From Hyphomicrobiales bacterium (lineage in GTDB: Bacteria > Pseudomonadota > Alphaproteobacteria > Rhizobiales > NORP267), in contig JAJFGZ010000037.1 of assembly GCA_021775855.1 (NCBI GenBank), positions 77,006 through 141,005 of the forward strand: a DNA stretch of 64,000 nt. Reading direction: 5' to 3'. A model generated the notes under the pieces. The model made no database searches. It had not been told where the DNA came from and saw only the letters and a list, made by a program, of their open reading frames with translations. A program made the translations under genes and the position numbers. Below are positions 1 to 11,991 of this stretch, piece by piece. Position 1 is the stretch's first letter, and every line of letters begins with the position of its first letter.

Positions 1-399
1 GACATTTGCAATATAGTGTGGCTCCGTATCGCTTGCTTTAGGCGCATCACTATGCCGAGCAAACGTCACGCCTGTGGGCAATGTATCCAGATTGGATAAA
101 TCTTCGTTCAGATATCCGTTTACGTGCACGATCCGGCAGGTATCCAAATCGGCAAGGGCCGGATCAACCAGGTCAGCCAGTTTTGGGGCAGCTTCAAGCT
201 GTTCCGCCGGGCGATAGGTGTCCCCCATGAGATTGCGCAGATCGGTATAGACCCAGGGTTCAAGCCGCCGGTGCGGGATGCCTAGCCGTTTCAAATTGTC
301 GAGCGCCTGGGCTTGTCCGCCGATTGCTGTCGCCAGCATGGCGTCGACCTGTGCCTCAAGCGACAATTCTGCCGCGCTTTTTTTGACGTTCACGTTCAT
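1..399 (-). CDS. sufD: Fe-S cluster assembly protein SufD, N-terminal part (gene runs off the left edge)
   Basis: Absent from the ORF track because it is truncated. My reverse-strand translation from ATG 399..397 reads MNVNVKKSAAELSLEAQVDAMLATAIGGQAQALDNLKRLGIPHRRLEPWVYTDLRNL..., a SufD-type N-terminus. It has an ATGA start/stop overlap with sufC and sits after sufC in the operon. Confidence 0.8.
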   Translation of the reverse strand, partial: MNVNVKKSAAELSLEAQVDAMLATAIGGQAQALDNLKRLGIPHRRLEPWVYTDLRNLMGDTYRPAEQLEAAPKLADLVDPALADLDTCRIVHVNGYLNEDLSNLDTLPTGVTFARHSDAPKASDTEPHYIANV

Positions 400-1151
400 G
401 CAGCGCTCTCGGCAAATTCGGCGTAGCCCTTTTCTTCGAGTTCAAGCGCCAGTTCTTTGCCGCCCGAGCGGGCGATCTGGCCCTTCGATAGGACGTGCAC
501 TTTATCCGGTACGATATAGTCGAGCAGGCGCTGGTAGTGGGTGATAATCACGAAAGCGCGGTCGGGACTGCGGAGCGCGTTGACCCCGTCGGCGACAACC
601 CGGAGCGCATCGATATCAAGACCGGAATCGGTCTCGTCGAGCACACAGAGTTTCGGCTGCAGAACCGCCATCTGAAGAACCTCGTTGCGCTTTTTCTCGC
701 CACCCGAAAATCCAACATTGACCGCACGCTTTAGCATCTCGGGTTTGATTTTCAGATCATTCCCCTTCTCGCGGATCAAGCGCATGAAATCGGGGGTCGT
801 TACCTCGTCTTCACCGCGCGCCCGGCGCTGGGAATTCAGGGCCTGGCGGAGAAACGTCAAAGTGGGCACGCCCGGAATTTCGATCGGATATTGGAAGGCC
901 AAGAAAACCCCGGCGGCAGCGCGCTCGTCAGGCTCGAGATCAAGAATATTCTCGCCATCGAGCAATACGGACCCCTCGGTCACGTCGTACCCGGCCCGGC
1001 CCGCAAGCACATAGGAAAGCGTCGATTTCCCGGCCCCGTTGGGTCCCATGATGGCGTGGACCTCGCCTGCCGGGACGCTAAGATCGAGCCCACGCAAGAT
1101 TTTCTGTTCGTCAACGGTGGCGTGCAGATTTTTTATTTCCAACATTGTCAT
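396..1151 (-). CDS. sufC: Fe-S cluster assembly ATPase SufC
   Basis: 251 aa with Walker A GPNGAGKST, ABC signature FSGGEKKR and Walker B LCVLDETDSGLD. Full-length SufC-like sequence between sufB and sufD. Confidence 0.95.
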   Translation of the reverse strand: MTMLEIKNLHATVDEQKILRGLDLSVPAGEVHAIMGPNGAGKSTLSYVLAGRAGYDVTEGSVLLDGENILDLEPDERAAAGVFLAFQYPIEIPGVPTLTFLRQALNSQRRARGEDEVTTPDFMRLIREKGNDLKIKPEMLKRAVNVGFSGGEKKRNEVLQMAVLQPKLCVLDETDSGLDIDALRVVADGVNALRSPDRAFVIITHYQRLLDYIVPDKVHVLSKGQIARSGGKELALELEEKGYAEFAESAA

Positions 1152-1163
1152 TTCGCTTTCAAT

Positions 1164-1477
1164 TCAGTAGCTGCGGCTCTCACGCCGGTCGTAATGCTGC
1201 GACCTTTCGTCAAACCGCTTCAACACTTTTCGCGCCGCATCAGGCACGTAACATTTCTCGTAATCCTCGCCGACAAATGCCTTGACGTTGTCGATGGTCT
1301 CGAATTGCATGATCGTGACAAATTCGACTTCGTCCTGCAGCGGACGGCGCAATAACTCGATGCCTTTGAAGCCTGGGATACCCTTGTTTTCGATGCCTTC
1401 GAAAATCTCCTGTTTGAGGAGAGACTCGTATGTATCGGCATCTCCCAGGGTCGTATAGCCATGCCAAATACGCGCAA

Positions 1478-1481
<4 letters not shown>
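1164..1481 (-). CDS. Small ABM/Dabb-fold (antibiotic biosynthesis monooxygenase-like) protein embedded in the suf operon
   Basis: 105 aa ([11 protein letters not shown]...[22 protein letters not shown]...), a typical ~100-aa ferredoxin-like ABM pattern. Its ATG overlaps the sufB stop (ATGA), and its stop lies 12 nt before sufC. Confidence 0.7.
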
Positions 1482-2974
<1,493 letters not shown>

Positions 2975-3006
2975 GGGCCGCCGGCCGGTCTATGTAAAGT
3001 CTCATC

Positions 3007-4188
3007 TTACGCTGCGCCGCGACGCCGATCTTCAACGGAACGGGTAACACTGCGCCAGGATTCCAGAAACCTCTCAATTTCGTCTTCGCTCGTCTCCCAA
3101 CCTAAACTTACCCGGATCGCTCCGGAGGCCAGGTCGTCATCCATCCCCATCGCTTCAAGCACATGCGAAGCACCAACTTTACCGGATGAACATGCGGACC
3201 CGGAACTAATCGCAATACCTTCTAGGTCAAAACCGATCACCGCCGTCTCAGCGCGCATGCCAGAGATAACAATGCACGAGGTGTTCTGCAAGCGGCTAAC
3301 CGCCGCGCCAACAACAATCGCGTCCGGCGTCGCTGCCTTTACGCCGGCTTCGAGCCGGTCTCGCAAATTTCCGATGCGTTTTTGTACCAATTCACGATCA
3401 CGCACCGCCGCTTCAAAAGCCGCAGCAAATCCCACGACCGCCGCCGGGTTTTCGGTCCCGGCGCGGCGTCGGCGTTCCTGTCCGCCACCGTGCAACAGCG
3501 GATAAATCTCCAAACCCTCGCGGCGGAACGCCAGCGCGCCTATTCCTTTTGGGCCACCCAGTTTATGGGAGGATACGAATAAGGCGTCGGCAGGAAGGTG
3601 GTCTGGCCCGGCAGGCATCCGCCCGACCCATTGCACTGCATCAACCACCAATAACGGCCTAGAATCGCCAAGTACGTCTTTGACCTCTGCCAGGGGCTGG
3701 AAAATTCCGGTTTCGTTGTTCGCCGCCTGCAGCGCGATCATGAAGGATAACGGATTTTCGCCAGTGCTCAATTCCGCGACACGCGCCGCCAAATGCGCGG
3801 TATCGACAATCCCATTCCGGTCGAGGGGCAGCGTCTCAACATTTGCGGATGGAAACCGATGCCCTCCCAGCACACAATCATGTTCGCTCGCACCGATAAG
3901 CAGTCTTTCGACTGGCTGCTGATTGCCCGGCCATTTTGTTTGTGGGGACAGAATAGTCGCGGCGCTCTCGGAGCCACCTGACGTGAAGAGAATGTCGCCC
4001 GGCGCCACGTGGAGAATATTGGCGATGCGCGAACGTGCGTCTTCCATCAACGCCCGCGCGGCGCGGCCCTCGGCATGAACCGATGACGGATTTCCAAATG
4101 TACCCTCGGCATCAACCATTGCAGCACGCGCCTCAGGCCGCATCGGCGCCGTTGCGTTATAGTCCAGATATGCCCGTGAATTTGTCAT
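3007..4188 (-). CDS. Cysteine desulfurase, NifS/IscS-like (class V aminotransferase), first gene of the suf operon
   Basis: 393 aa with PLP-lysine motif SSHKLGGPKGIG and catalytic loop SSGSACSSG. Lies directly upstream of sufB. Confidence 0.9.
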   Translation of the reverse strand: MTNSRAYLDYNATAPMRPEARAAMVDAEGTFGNPSSVHAEGRAARALMEDARSRIANILHVAPGDILFTSGGSESAATILSPQTKWPGNQQPVERLLIGASEHDCVLGGHRFPSANVETLPLDRNGIVDTAHLAARVAELSTGENPLSFMIALQAANNETGIFQPLAEVKDVLGDSRPLLVVDAVQWVGRMPAGPDHLPADALFVSSHKLGGPKGIGALAFRREGLEIYPLLHGGGQERRRRAGTENPAAVVGFAAAFEAAVRDRELVQKRIGNLRDRLEAGVKAATPDAIVVGAAVSRLQNTSCIVISGMRAETAVIGFDLEGIAISSGSACSSGKVGASHVLEAMGMDDDLASGAIRVSLGWETSEDEIERFLESWRSVTRSVEDRRRGAA

Positions 4189-4398
4189 TTATACCTTGCC
4201 AAAAATTGGCCATTTTCCTTTTCTGATCAAACCCGTTTAAGCAGCTCTTTAAATTCGATAGCGATTTCATATATATATCGAAGAACTTGCACAAATGCCC
4301 TTATACCATGCTATGAAACAGGCCGTCGTTCACCATTGGCCTGTCAAGGCCGGATTAGCATCGTGTTGTTGTGGTCAATCAGGCCAGACTATATATAC

Positions 4399-4415
4399 TT
4401 TTGAACCATTCTAAA
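4399..4415. promoter_or_regulatory. Candidate Irr iron-control element (ICE-like box) in the divergent suf / hydrolase promoter region
   Basis: TTTTGAA-CCA-TTCTAAA differs at one position from the published ICE consensus TTTAGAA-N3-TTCTAAA. It lies 211 nt upstream of the nifS-like start. Confidence 0.4.
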
Positions 4416-4530
4416 GTAGGTCAAAACCTCGTCCGCCGCAAGCCATCAATGTGCGGCCCTTGGTCTAGGCCCCAGAACTGAAACACCGAACTACAACCGG
4501 ATCGTCAAAGCCGCGTAAACAGGATTTTTA

Positions 4531-5193
4531 ATGCCAGAAGTCATATTCAACGGACCCGCCGGTCGTCTTGAGGGACGCTACCAGCCGGGAAAAAGCGAAA
4601 CCTCCCCCATCGCCATCGTTCTGCACCCCCATCCCGCATTCGGGGGCACGATGAATAACCAGATCATCCACCGGCTCTATTACATGTTCGCGGAGCGCGG
4701 ATTTACGGTCCTCCGATTCAATTTTCGCGGTGTGGGTCGCAGCCAGGGGTATTTTGACCACGGGCTTGGTGAATTGTCGGATTCGGCCGCCGCGCTGGAT
4801 TGGATCCAGTCATTTAACCCCGAATCGCGCGCCTGCTGGATCGCCGGCTTTTCGTTCGGTTCGTGGATATCCATGCAACTCCTGATGCGCCGCCCGGAAG
4901 TCGAGGGCTTTATTACCATTGCGCCACCGGCCAACCTGTACGATTTCAGTTTCCTCGCCCCCTGCCCGTCTTCGGGTCTCATTATCAATGGGGATAAAGA
5001 TGCCGTCGCCCCGCCGGATGCGGTCGAGACACTCGTTGAAAAGTTGAAATCGCAAAAAGGCATCGTCATCGATCACCAGATCCTGCCCGGCGCGAACCAC
5101 TTTTTCGAGAACAAGACGGATGAGCTGCTGACCCGGTGCAGTGATTATGTGGATATGCGGATTGAGGAAATAGAGGCTGGAATCAGCGCCTGA
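4531..5193 (+). CDS. Alpha/beta-fold hydrolase (COG2945-like)
   Basis: 220 aa with nucleophile elbow GFSFGS and the C-terminal D/H region (GDKD…, …GANHFF) typical of small alpha/beta hydrolases. Divergent from the suf operon. Confidence 0.8.
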   Translation: MPEVIFNGPAGRLEGRYQPGKSETSPIAIVLHPHPAFGGTMNNQIIHRLYYMFAERGFTVLRFNFRGVGRSQGYFDHGLGELSDSAAALDWIQSFNPESRACWIAGFSFGSWISMQLLMRRPEVEGFITIAPPANLYDFSFLAPCPSSGLIINGDKDAVAPPDAVETLVEKLKSQKGIVIDHQILPGANHFFENKTDELLTRCSDYVDMRIEEIEAGISA

Positions 5194-6307
5194 CCGGGGT
5201 CGCGACAACGCCTCCTGTCAACGGCGTTGGTACGCCAGTGGTACCCGGAAAAGTCAATGGCAGTCCTTTGACAGAGCGCACGGCCATATAGCCGAATGCC
5301 TGGGCTTCGATAAATGTGTCCGACCAGCCAATTGCCGGGGCGGCGATCACATTGCCAGCCAACCGTTTCTGCATTTCCGCTAACAGGGTCGGGTTCAGCG
5401 CGCCACCTCCGGTGACAATCCAGTCCTCGACCGGGTCAGGGAACAAGTCCGCCGCGATTGCGATCGAGGCTGCGGTCAGGCTGGTTAAGGTCGCCGCACC
5501 GTCTTCGGTCGAGAGGCCGTCCACGGCGTTCGTCGAAAAATCCTGACGATCGACCGATTTCGGGGGATCCTGGCTGTAATACGGGTTTTCCAGCAACAAA
5601 TTTAAAATCGGCGTGTTGGCTTTGCCACGCTTGGCCGCCGCGCCATCCAGATCCATGGCCAATCCGGTTTTTGCCTTCATCCATTCGTCGAGCAGGACGT
5701 TGCCTGGGCCAGTATCGAAAGCCTTCATGGCATCGTCCTCACCGATCCAGGTGACGTTGGTGATGCCGCCGATATTGAGCACGGCCACAGGCTTGCGAAA
5801 ATGGGCGCTTTCGACGAGGGCTCGGTGATAGACCGGCGCCAGCGGAGCGCCCTGCCCGCCCGCCGCCATGTCTGCCTGGCGCATATCGTAGACCGTGCGG
5901 ATACCGGATTTATCGGCAATATCCTGGGCATCGCCCAACTGGACCGTGATCGACAGGTCTGGGCGGTGCAATATAGTTTGTCCGTGAAATCCGATCAGGT
6001 CGATATTTGAGCGGTTTAGGTTGTTTTCCTGAAGGATCGATTCAATCGCTTCGAGGTGTGCGCAAGTTACCGTTTTAGTTGCGTCTAAAATGACCGGATT
6101 GTCGCGCCAATTATTTTTCGCCGGGTCGGACTGGGTTGCATAATCCATAGCGGCGGAAATGACATCGCGTTCGGGAACGGAATAATCCCGGAACCGGGTA
6201 GGCCCAAGCGCGTTGATTGTTTCGCCATCGGTCTCGATGATCGCCGCATCGACGCCGTCCATCGACGTGCCACTCATCATTCCAATTGCAGTCAAGAGCC
6301 CGGACAT
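5183..6307 (-). CDS. anmK: Anhydro-N-acetylmuramic acid kinase
   Basis: 374 aa. N-terminus IGMMSGTSMDGVDAA and overall length are typical of AnmK. Confidence 0.9.
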   Translation of the reverse strand: MSGLLTAIGMMSGTSMDGVDAAIIETDGETINALGPTRFRDYSVPERDVISAAMDYATQSDPAKNNWRDNPVILDATKTVTCAHLEAIESILQENNLNRSNIDLIGFHGQTILHRPDLSITVQLGDAQDIADKSGIRTVYDMRQADMAAGGQGAPLAPVYHRALVESAHFRKPVAVLNIGGITNVTWIGEDDAMKAFDTGPGNVLLDEWMKAKTGLAMDLDGAAAKRGKANTPILNLLLENPYYSQDPPKSVDRQDFSTNAVDGLSTEDGAATLTSLTAASIAIAADLFPDPVEDWIVTGGGALNPTLLAEMQKRLAGNVIAAPAIGWSDTFIEAQAFGYMAVRSVKGLPLTFPGTTGVPTPLTGGVVATPVRR

Positions 6308-6383
6308 GTATCAGCCTCGTGCATTCGCCGCTCCAAACTGCTATCCAGCCCACAATAGATGACAGACCGCAGGACTATGACCA

Positions 6384-7643
6384 ATGGCAAAATATAGGTC
6401 CGAATTCCTTAACATTCTGAGTGATCGCGGGTTCATTCATCAATGTTCCAACGTCGAAGATCTCGATAGTTCGCTGATGGCGGGTCAGGTCACGGCCTAT
6501 ATAGGTTTTGACTGCACGGCCCCGAGCCTGCATGCGGGTAGCCTGGTGCAGATCATGATGCTGTATTGGCTACAGCAGACCGGCCACCGTCCCCTCGCAT
6601 TGATGGGCAGTGGAACAACCCATGTGGGAGACCCGTCCGGCAAAGATGAATCGCGGAAATTGCTGAGCGCCAGCGATATTGAAACCAACAAGGAGGGGAT
6701 CCGCAAAGTATTCTCGCAGTTTCTCAAATTTGGTGACGCTCCGGATACCAAAGACGCCCTAATGCCGGACAATGCGGATTGGCTGCTGTCCATCGCCTAT
6801 GTGGACTTTTTGCGCGATGTGGGCCGGCATATCTCGGTCAACGAAATGATCCACCGCGACTCCGTGCGTTTGCGGCTTGAGCGCGAACAGCACCTCTCGT
6901 TCCTCGAATTCAACTACATGATCCTGCAGGCATACGACTATGTCGAACTGTACCGGCGCTACGGCTGTACCCTGCAAATGGGCGGGTCAGATCAGTGGGG
7001 AAATATTCTCTCAGGCATTGATCTTGGCCGCCGGATGGCCGGCGCCGAAATGTTTGCTTTGACATCTCCATTGCTCACCACATCGTCGGGCGGGAAAATG
7101 GGCAAGACAGCAGATGGCGCCGTGTGGCTTAACGACGACATGCTCTCCAGCTACGATTATTGGCAATATTGGCGCAACACCGAGGATGCCGATGTGGGCC
7201 GATTTCTGAAGCTCTTCACGGAATTGCCGCTGGATGAGATTGCCCGTCTCGAAACGTTAGAAGGCAGCGAGATCAACGAAGCCAAGAAAATCCTGGCGTA
7301 CCACGCGACCCGGATGGTGCATGGCGAGACGGCGGCGAATGATTCCGCAGAGACGGCCCGCAAGACGTTCGAGGAAGGCACCCTCGCCCAGGGCCTGCCG
7401 ACCATCGATATCGCAAATGACGAATTGACTAGTGGTCTCGGTATCCTTGAGGCCCTGAAGCGGGCCGAATTGGCGAATTCCAATGGCGAAGCGCGGCGGC
7501 ACATTCGCGGCAATGCGGTCCGCGTCAATGATGCTGTTATCTCCGATGAACAGCTATCCCTGACCCCTGATTACTTGAACGGGGACGGTATCATAAAACT
7601 ATCGGTCGGGAAAAAACGCCACGTCCTGTTGAAGGCAAGCTGA
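6384..7643 (+). CDS. tyrS: Tyrosine--tRNA ligase
   Basis: 419 aa with HIGH-region variant PSLHAGS, KMSKS-type KMGKT and a C-terminal S4-like domain. Confidence 0.95.
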   Translation: MAKYRSEFLNILSDRGFIHQCSNVEDLDSSLMAGQVTAYIGFDCTAPSLHAGSLVQIMMLYWLQQTGHRPLALMGSGTTHVGDPSGKDESRKLLSASDIETNKEGIRKVFSQFLKFGDAPDTKDALMPDNADWLLSIAYVDFLRDVGRHISVNEMIHRDSVRLRLEREQHLSFLEFNYMILQAYDYVELYRRYGCTLQMGGSDQWGNILSGIDLGRRMAGAEMFALTSPLLTTSSGGKMGKTADGAVWLNDDMLSSYDYWQYWRNTEDADVGRFLKLFTELPLDEIARLETLEGSEINEAKKILAYHATRMVHGETAANDSAETARKTFEEGTLAQGLPTIDIANDELTSGLGILEALKRAELANSNGEARRHIRGNAVRVNDAVISDEQLSLTPDYLNGDGIIKLSVGKKRHVLLKAS

Positions 7644-7672
7644 CGGCGATCCAACCCGTCTTACGCCAAAAT

Positions 7673-10600
7673 CTAACGATCGGAATCAATAGTGGATGGC
7701 GGGTCGGTTGCGGATCGCTGAGGGGTTGGCCCAAAGTCGAACAATTTCCGCAATAGTCCCGGGGCAACTGCCGAAATCGGGTTAACAATCACTCGGGAAT
7801 TCGAAAGCGATCCCTGGATGGCGAAAGTTACTGCCAACAACCCTTCGTTCCGCCCGCCAGTCAGGATCTGCCCGACCACTGGTACGTTACTCAGCAAATT
7901 GTTCAGGGCATAGAGCGGCACATAGGTGCCCGCGAGATTGATGGTGTCGCGATTGAAATCGACCTGGCCGCGCAAGGTCGCGCCGACGACGGGTCCATTG
8001 ATATAGGATTCGCCGATGGTCAGGACGCCGTTCTGGCGCGTGAATGGCATATTCAGTCGTTGAAAATAGTCGCCCTGGGCCGATGGTTCGCGACTATTCG
8101 TTCGCGGGTCGGTGGATACGATCTGGCGGGCAATGCGGTCATCAACCAGTCGAAAATTTTTCATCACCAGCTGCCCGTTTACTTCAGCGAAAGGGTCATT
8201 TGGCAGATTGGCCCTCATGATCATGTCGCCGCCCTGTACGTTTGAGTATAAGCCGGCGAATCTAAGAGCTGCACCTGCATTGCCGGAAACAATACTAAAG
8301 TCTCTGGAACTTCCATTTGCCGAAGGCGTGATGCGCATGGTCAGGTTTTCGCCCTCGGCCAAACTATCGATGGTTAGATAGCTCGTTCGACCATCCTTCT
8401 GAATCACCTGGGCGGTAACGTCAGTAATTTCTGAACCTGAATTTCCCGAGACACGTGAAATGACCGCGTCCAGATTAATCACTGAGTCATCAGAATTTGT
8501 CGCCGGGGCTGTATCGTTGAACATGCCCTGCACAATCCCTCCGCCATTAAACGATTCCCCGCGCACCTCTACATTCAACACATCGTCGTTCCCACGGGTC
8601 AAATTCAGGGACAAATCATCGCCTTCGTTCAAAGCAAAATGCGGAAACGCTGCGGATTGAACCCGGCCGTCATTGTCAACAACCAGATCGCCTTCAATAT
8701 TAGTGCCCGATCCCATAAGCACGAAATCGTTGAGCTGGGAGCTTCCGTTTGCGAGACTGACAAGATTGAACCGCGCATCACTGGCAACACCCGCCGGTTT
8801 GTCCCATCCCAGATTCGGGTAAGTGAGCGAAGCGTCCGTCAGGTCGATGAGGAATCCAAGTTCTGGATTTCGGGAACCAATGCTTTCCGGCACGATCTCC
8901 ACTTCGACCGGGCCCCGCAGGAAATCCAGATCAACGCCGAATGTTTCCCGCCCCGCTTCATCGAGCCGCATCCGCAAAGAGAGATTGCCACCCCCTGGAT
9001 CGCCAAACGAACGCCGCCAGTTCAGGCGCGCGGGAACTCCCGACAACAACATCTCCCCGGCAGCCTCGACTCTCGTGGGCAGGACCCTGAGAATTAGTTC
9101 GCCATTCTCCATATCCTGGCCACCAAACAGGTTGGATACAGAGAAATTGTGGATTTCGGCGCGCGCGGCAAGGTTCACTTCCTCGTATGTTACGTCCTTC
9201 AGCAGGGGGACTGATATGTCCAACTCAAGCGTGGACGTACCGCCGGTTTCAGCGGGGTTCAAACCCACATCATCGGCGTATTCGAGCGGCGTATAGTTGA
9301 GAAGTTCCAGCAGCGCAGCGGTAGTTCCGGAACCAACCGCGCGGATATAGGCAATCGCCGGTTCATCGGTCACGTTCGGAATTTCGATGGAGCCGGTCAC
9401 GTTTTCGACGACCGCACCGGAAGCTACGGGTATCGTGCCACCAATGATATCGGCCGAGAAACGCCCACCCTTCATCTTGGCGCGCCCGATCCCGTTTTCG
9501 ATATTCGGCAAAGCCCAAAAATATTCAGCGGTGACGCCTCTAAAGCCAAAAGCCAAATCGAACGCTTCCTGGGGAATTGGTGCCCATTCCTCAAGATCGG
9601 CGATCAGACCGCCCGGGAAATCTATGACGACAGCCAGATCAGTGATTGTGCCTTCGTAGACGTTCTCAAAAAACCAATCGCGGGCATCCCTGGCCAGCAG
9701 ATGGGGCCAAATTTGCTTGAGTACATCGACCGCCATGGGTGAAAATTTCGCGAACAATTCAATTTCGGGGGAGCGCTCGGCGGCCCTGATACGGCCGTTG
9801 GCGGCGATACTCACGCCCTGGGCATGCATCTCGGCCTGGTCGAACCAGATTTCCCCGTTCTCGGCGTCGTAGCGCCCCAATATCTTGGCTGTATCTACCT
9901 GCAAAGGCATATCAACGCCCTGAGCGGTAAACGATCCTTCGTTGCCTTTCAGATCGAATTCCCAGAACGTGCTACCCGATTGAACCTCGGGATCGGTTAC
10001 TGGAGGTCTGATCGTGCCGCTAAATGTTGCATAGTCGTCGTTGAAATCGAACCGCGACGGCAGCAGCTGGATGAGATTTTCTGATGCATTGTAACTGAGT
10101 CCGATCGCACCTTGGTCGATCACAAAACCGCGTTCGCTTTCTTCGCCAAGGCGTAGAAACCCGGCGCCAAACTGGGCCGCCAGGTCGAAATTGCTTACCC
10201 TCGAATTGTCATCGATGATTGCTACACCGAATGCTGAGATCGGCAGGTCCAGCATTGACAGACCACCAAGGCCCTCGATCAGCGAAGAGGCTTGCCTCGG
10301 TATAAAATCCTGAACGTTGATCGATACGCGCAACCCCTCACCAGGGTCGGACACGTCGCCTGTTAGACGCAAGGACCAGTCGCCGGCATCCCCCGTAACA
10401 TCGGCAGACGCCTCGTAGCGGATACCCGCCTGATCCCGGATCAAGCCCAGATTGCCCTGCTGAACTTCCCAGCGGACACCAAGTTTTTCATGAATGAATA
10501 TGAGATCAGCGTTCAGGATTCCCACTCTATTGAGGGCGCCCAAGAACCCCTGACCGCCTTCCTCATCGCTAAATCCCAATAGAAATCTAATGTCTGTGAC

Positions 10601-11269
10601 CGTGGAAATGGGCACGCTGTCAATTTCAGGAACCGGCAATGGAGGCTCGTCGGTTTCATCGTCTCGATCGGGATTTGAAATTGACTCGGTTTGTGGCCGC
10701 AGCGTGCTGCCTCCGGGAGCCTGTAGTTCCCGGGCGATATCAATTTCAACTCTGCCGTCCCTGCGCAAGAGCACCACCAGACGGGGACCGATCAGATCGA
10801 TTGATGTCGGAGAAATTTCCCCGACCAACAGGTCGAGGGCTGAAATTCCGATCGCCGCACGGGGCGCTTCGGCAAGCACGATATTGTTGTCGTCGCGAAA
10901 CACCAGATCCCGCAACCGAAACGAGACGCCGCCGTCGCCTTCAGCCTGCTCCAGTACAGCGCCCCCAATGCTGATGCTGTAACCGTCGAAATTACTATTT
11001 ACCGCCCTCTCAATCGGACCGGCCAAGAAATCGAGTGCAATCTCACCCGATGAAATTCGCCAGGCAACAAGGCCCATCAGCAGTGCAGATGCGACAACCA
11101 GGCCGGCCGCAAACTCCAGACCTAGCCTAAGCCAGCGTCGGCGCTGTAAAATTGAAAAATCGGATCCCAACCGCAATACAGATGGCAAACCAGGCAGTTT
11201 AAGCCTGCTCAACGATCTGCCTCCGCCATTCTTTTTGCGGCTCTGATGAGATTCGTGGTTACCCGGCAA
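7673..11269 (-). CDS. Large AsmA/YhdP-family (DUF3971-type) envelope protein
   Basis: 1198 aa with an N-terminal TM anchor (LEFAAGLVVASALLMGLVAW). The C-terminal block …VPVVGQILTGGRNEGLLAVTFAIQGSLSNSRVIVNPISAVAPGLLRKLF is characteristic of the AsmA-like C-terminal region. Confidence 0.7.
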   Translation of the reverse strand: MPGNHESHQSRKKNGGGRSLSRLKLPGLPSVLRLGSDFSILQRRRWLRLGLEFAAGLVVASALLMGLVAWRISSGEIALDFLAGPIERAVNSNFDGYSISIGGAVLEQAEGDGGVSFRLRDLVFRDDNNIVLAEAPRAAIGISALDLLVGEISPTSIDLIGPRLVVLLRRDGRVEIDIARELQAPGGSTLRPQTESISNPDRDDETDEPPLPVPEIDSVPISTVTDIRFLLGFSDEEGGQGFLGALNRVGILNADLIFIHEKLGVRWEVQQGNLGLIRDQAGIRYEASADVTGDAGDWSLRLTGDVSDPGEGLRVSINVQDFIPRQASSLIEGLGGLSMLDLPISAFGVAIIDDNSRVSNFDLAAQFGAGFLRLGEESERGFVIDQGAIGLSYNASENLIQLLPSRFDFNDDYATFSGTIRPPVTDPEVQSGSTFWEFDLKGNEGSFTAQGVDMPLQVDTAKILGRYDAENGEIWFDQAEMHAQGVSIAANGRIRAAERSPEIELFAKFSPMAVDVLKQIWPHLLARDARDWFFENVYEGTITDLAVVIDFPGGLIADLEEWAPIPQEAFDLAFGFRGVTAEYFWALPNIENGIGRAKMKGGRFSADIIGGTIPVASGAVVENVTGSIEIPNVTDEPAIAYIRAVGSGTTAALLELLNYTPLEYADDVGLNPAETGGTSTLELDISVPLLKDVTYEEVNLAARAEIHNFSVSNLFGGQDMENGELILRVLPTRVEAAGEMLLSGVPARLNWRRSFGDPGGGNLSLRMRLDEAGRETFGVDLDFLRGPVEVEIVPESIGSRNPELGFLIDLTDASLTYPNLGWDKPAGVASDARFNLVSLANGSSQLNDFVLMGSGTNIEGDLVVDNDGRVQSAAFPHFALNEGDDLSLNLTRGNDDVLNVEVRGESFNGGGIVQGMFNDTAPATNSDDSVINLDAVISRVSGNSGSEITDVTAQVIQKDGRTSYLTIDSLAEGENLTMRITPSANGSSRDFSIVSGNAGAALRFAGLYSNVQGGDMIMRANLPNDPFAEVNGQLVMKNFRLVDDRIARQIVSTDPRTNSREPSAQGDYFQRLNMPFTRQNGVLTIGESYINGPVVGATLRGQVDFNRDTINLAGTYVPLYALNNLLSNVPVVGQILTGGRNEGLLAVTFAIQGSLSNSRVIVNPISAVAPGLLRKLFDFGPTPQRSATDPPSTIDSDR

Positions 11270-11423
11270 CCGACTGTCCGTGATTAAATTATGTGAAACA
11301 TGAAAATGGCCTTTTATCGGCCAACGCCTCAGCCTATCTTTTGCCAGTTTCCCGCAGGGGTTTGCAATGTTAGGCCTGTATAAAAATGGCTAACTCTTGA
11401 AAGTGACAAAAGGAAGGCGCGAA

Positions 11424-11912
11424 ATGGATACCAAGAATTCGACGAGCGGACTGCGGGAAGATAAAAAAGCTCCCGAATTTCAATTGCCTGGTGACGGCGG
11501 TCGAACAATCTCACTTGCTGACTATTCGGGCAAAAACCTGGTCATTTATTTTTACCCCAAGGACGATACGAAGGGCTGCACCAAGGAATCGATTGAATTC
11601 AATCAGGCAAAGGCGCAATTCAAGGCCGCAAATACGGAAATACTCGGTATTTCAGCCGATTCGGTCGCTTCGCACGATAAATTCAAGGCCAAACACGCGC
11701 TCGATCTAGCGCTCGCTTCCGATGAGGAAAAGACCACGATCGAAGATTTCGGCGTCTGGATTGAGAAAAATATGTATGGCCGCAAATATATGGGAATAGA
11801 GCGGGCTACATTTCTCATCGACGCGGATGGCATAATCGCGCGGATATGGCGCAAGGTGCGCGTTACCGGTCATGTGGATGCAGTCCTGAAGGCTGTGCAG
11901 GAAATGGCATAA
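11424..11912 (+). CDS. bcp: Thioredoxin-dependent peroxiredoxin Bcp
   Basis: Active-site motif FYPKDDTKGCTKE. The track ORF begins at TTG 11397, but ATG 11424 has the SD AAGGAAGG 7 nt upstream. Confidence 0.9.
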   Translation: MDTKNSTSGLREDKKAPEFQLPGDGGRTISLADYSGKNLVIYFYPKDDTKGCTKESIEFNQAKAQFKAANTEILGISADSVASHDKFKAKHALDLALASDEEKTTIEDFGVWIEKNMYGRKYMGIERATFLIDADGIIARIWRKVRVTGHVDAVLKAVQEMA

Positions 11913-11991
11913 ACCCATCAGAATGTTACCTAAAATTAACCTTAGTAAAGGATGAAGGGGGCAGGATTTTTTCTGATGTTGAGCGTTATCT

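Noticed and set aside
278-1355. Several 80-150-aa + strand ORFs lie across sufD, sufC and the ABM gene.
   Set aside because: All are antisense to well-supported suf genes and have no independent support.
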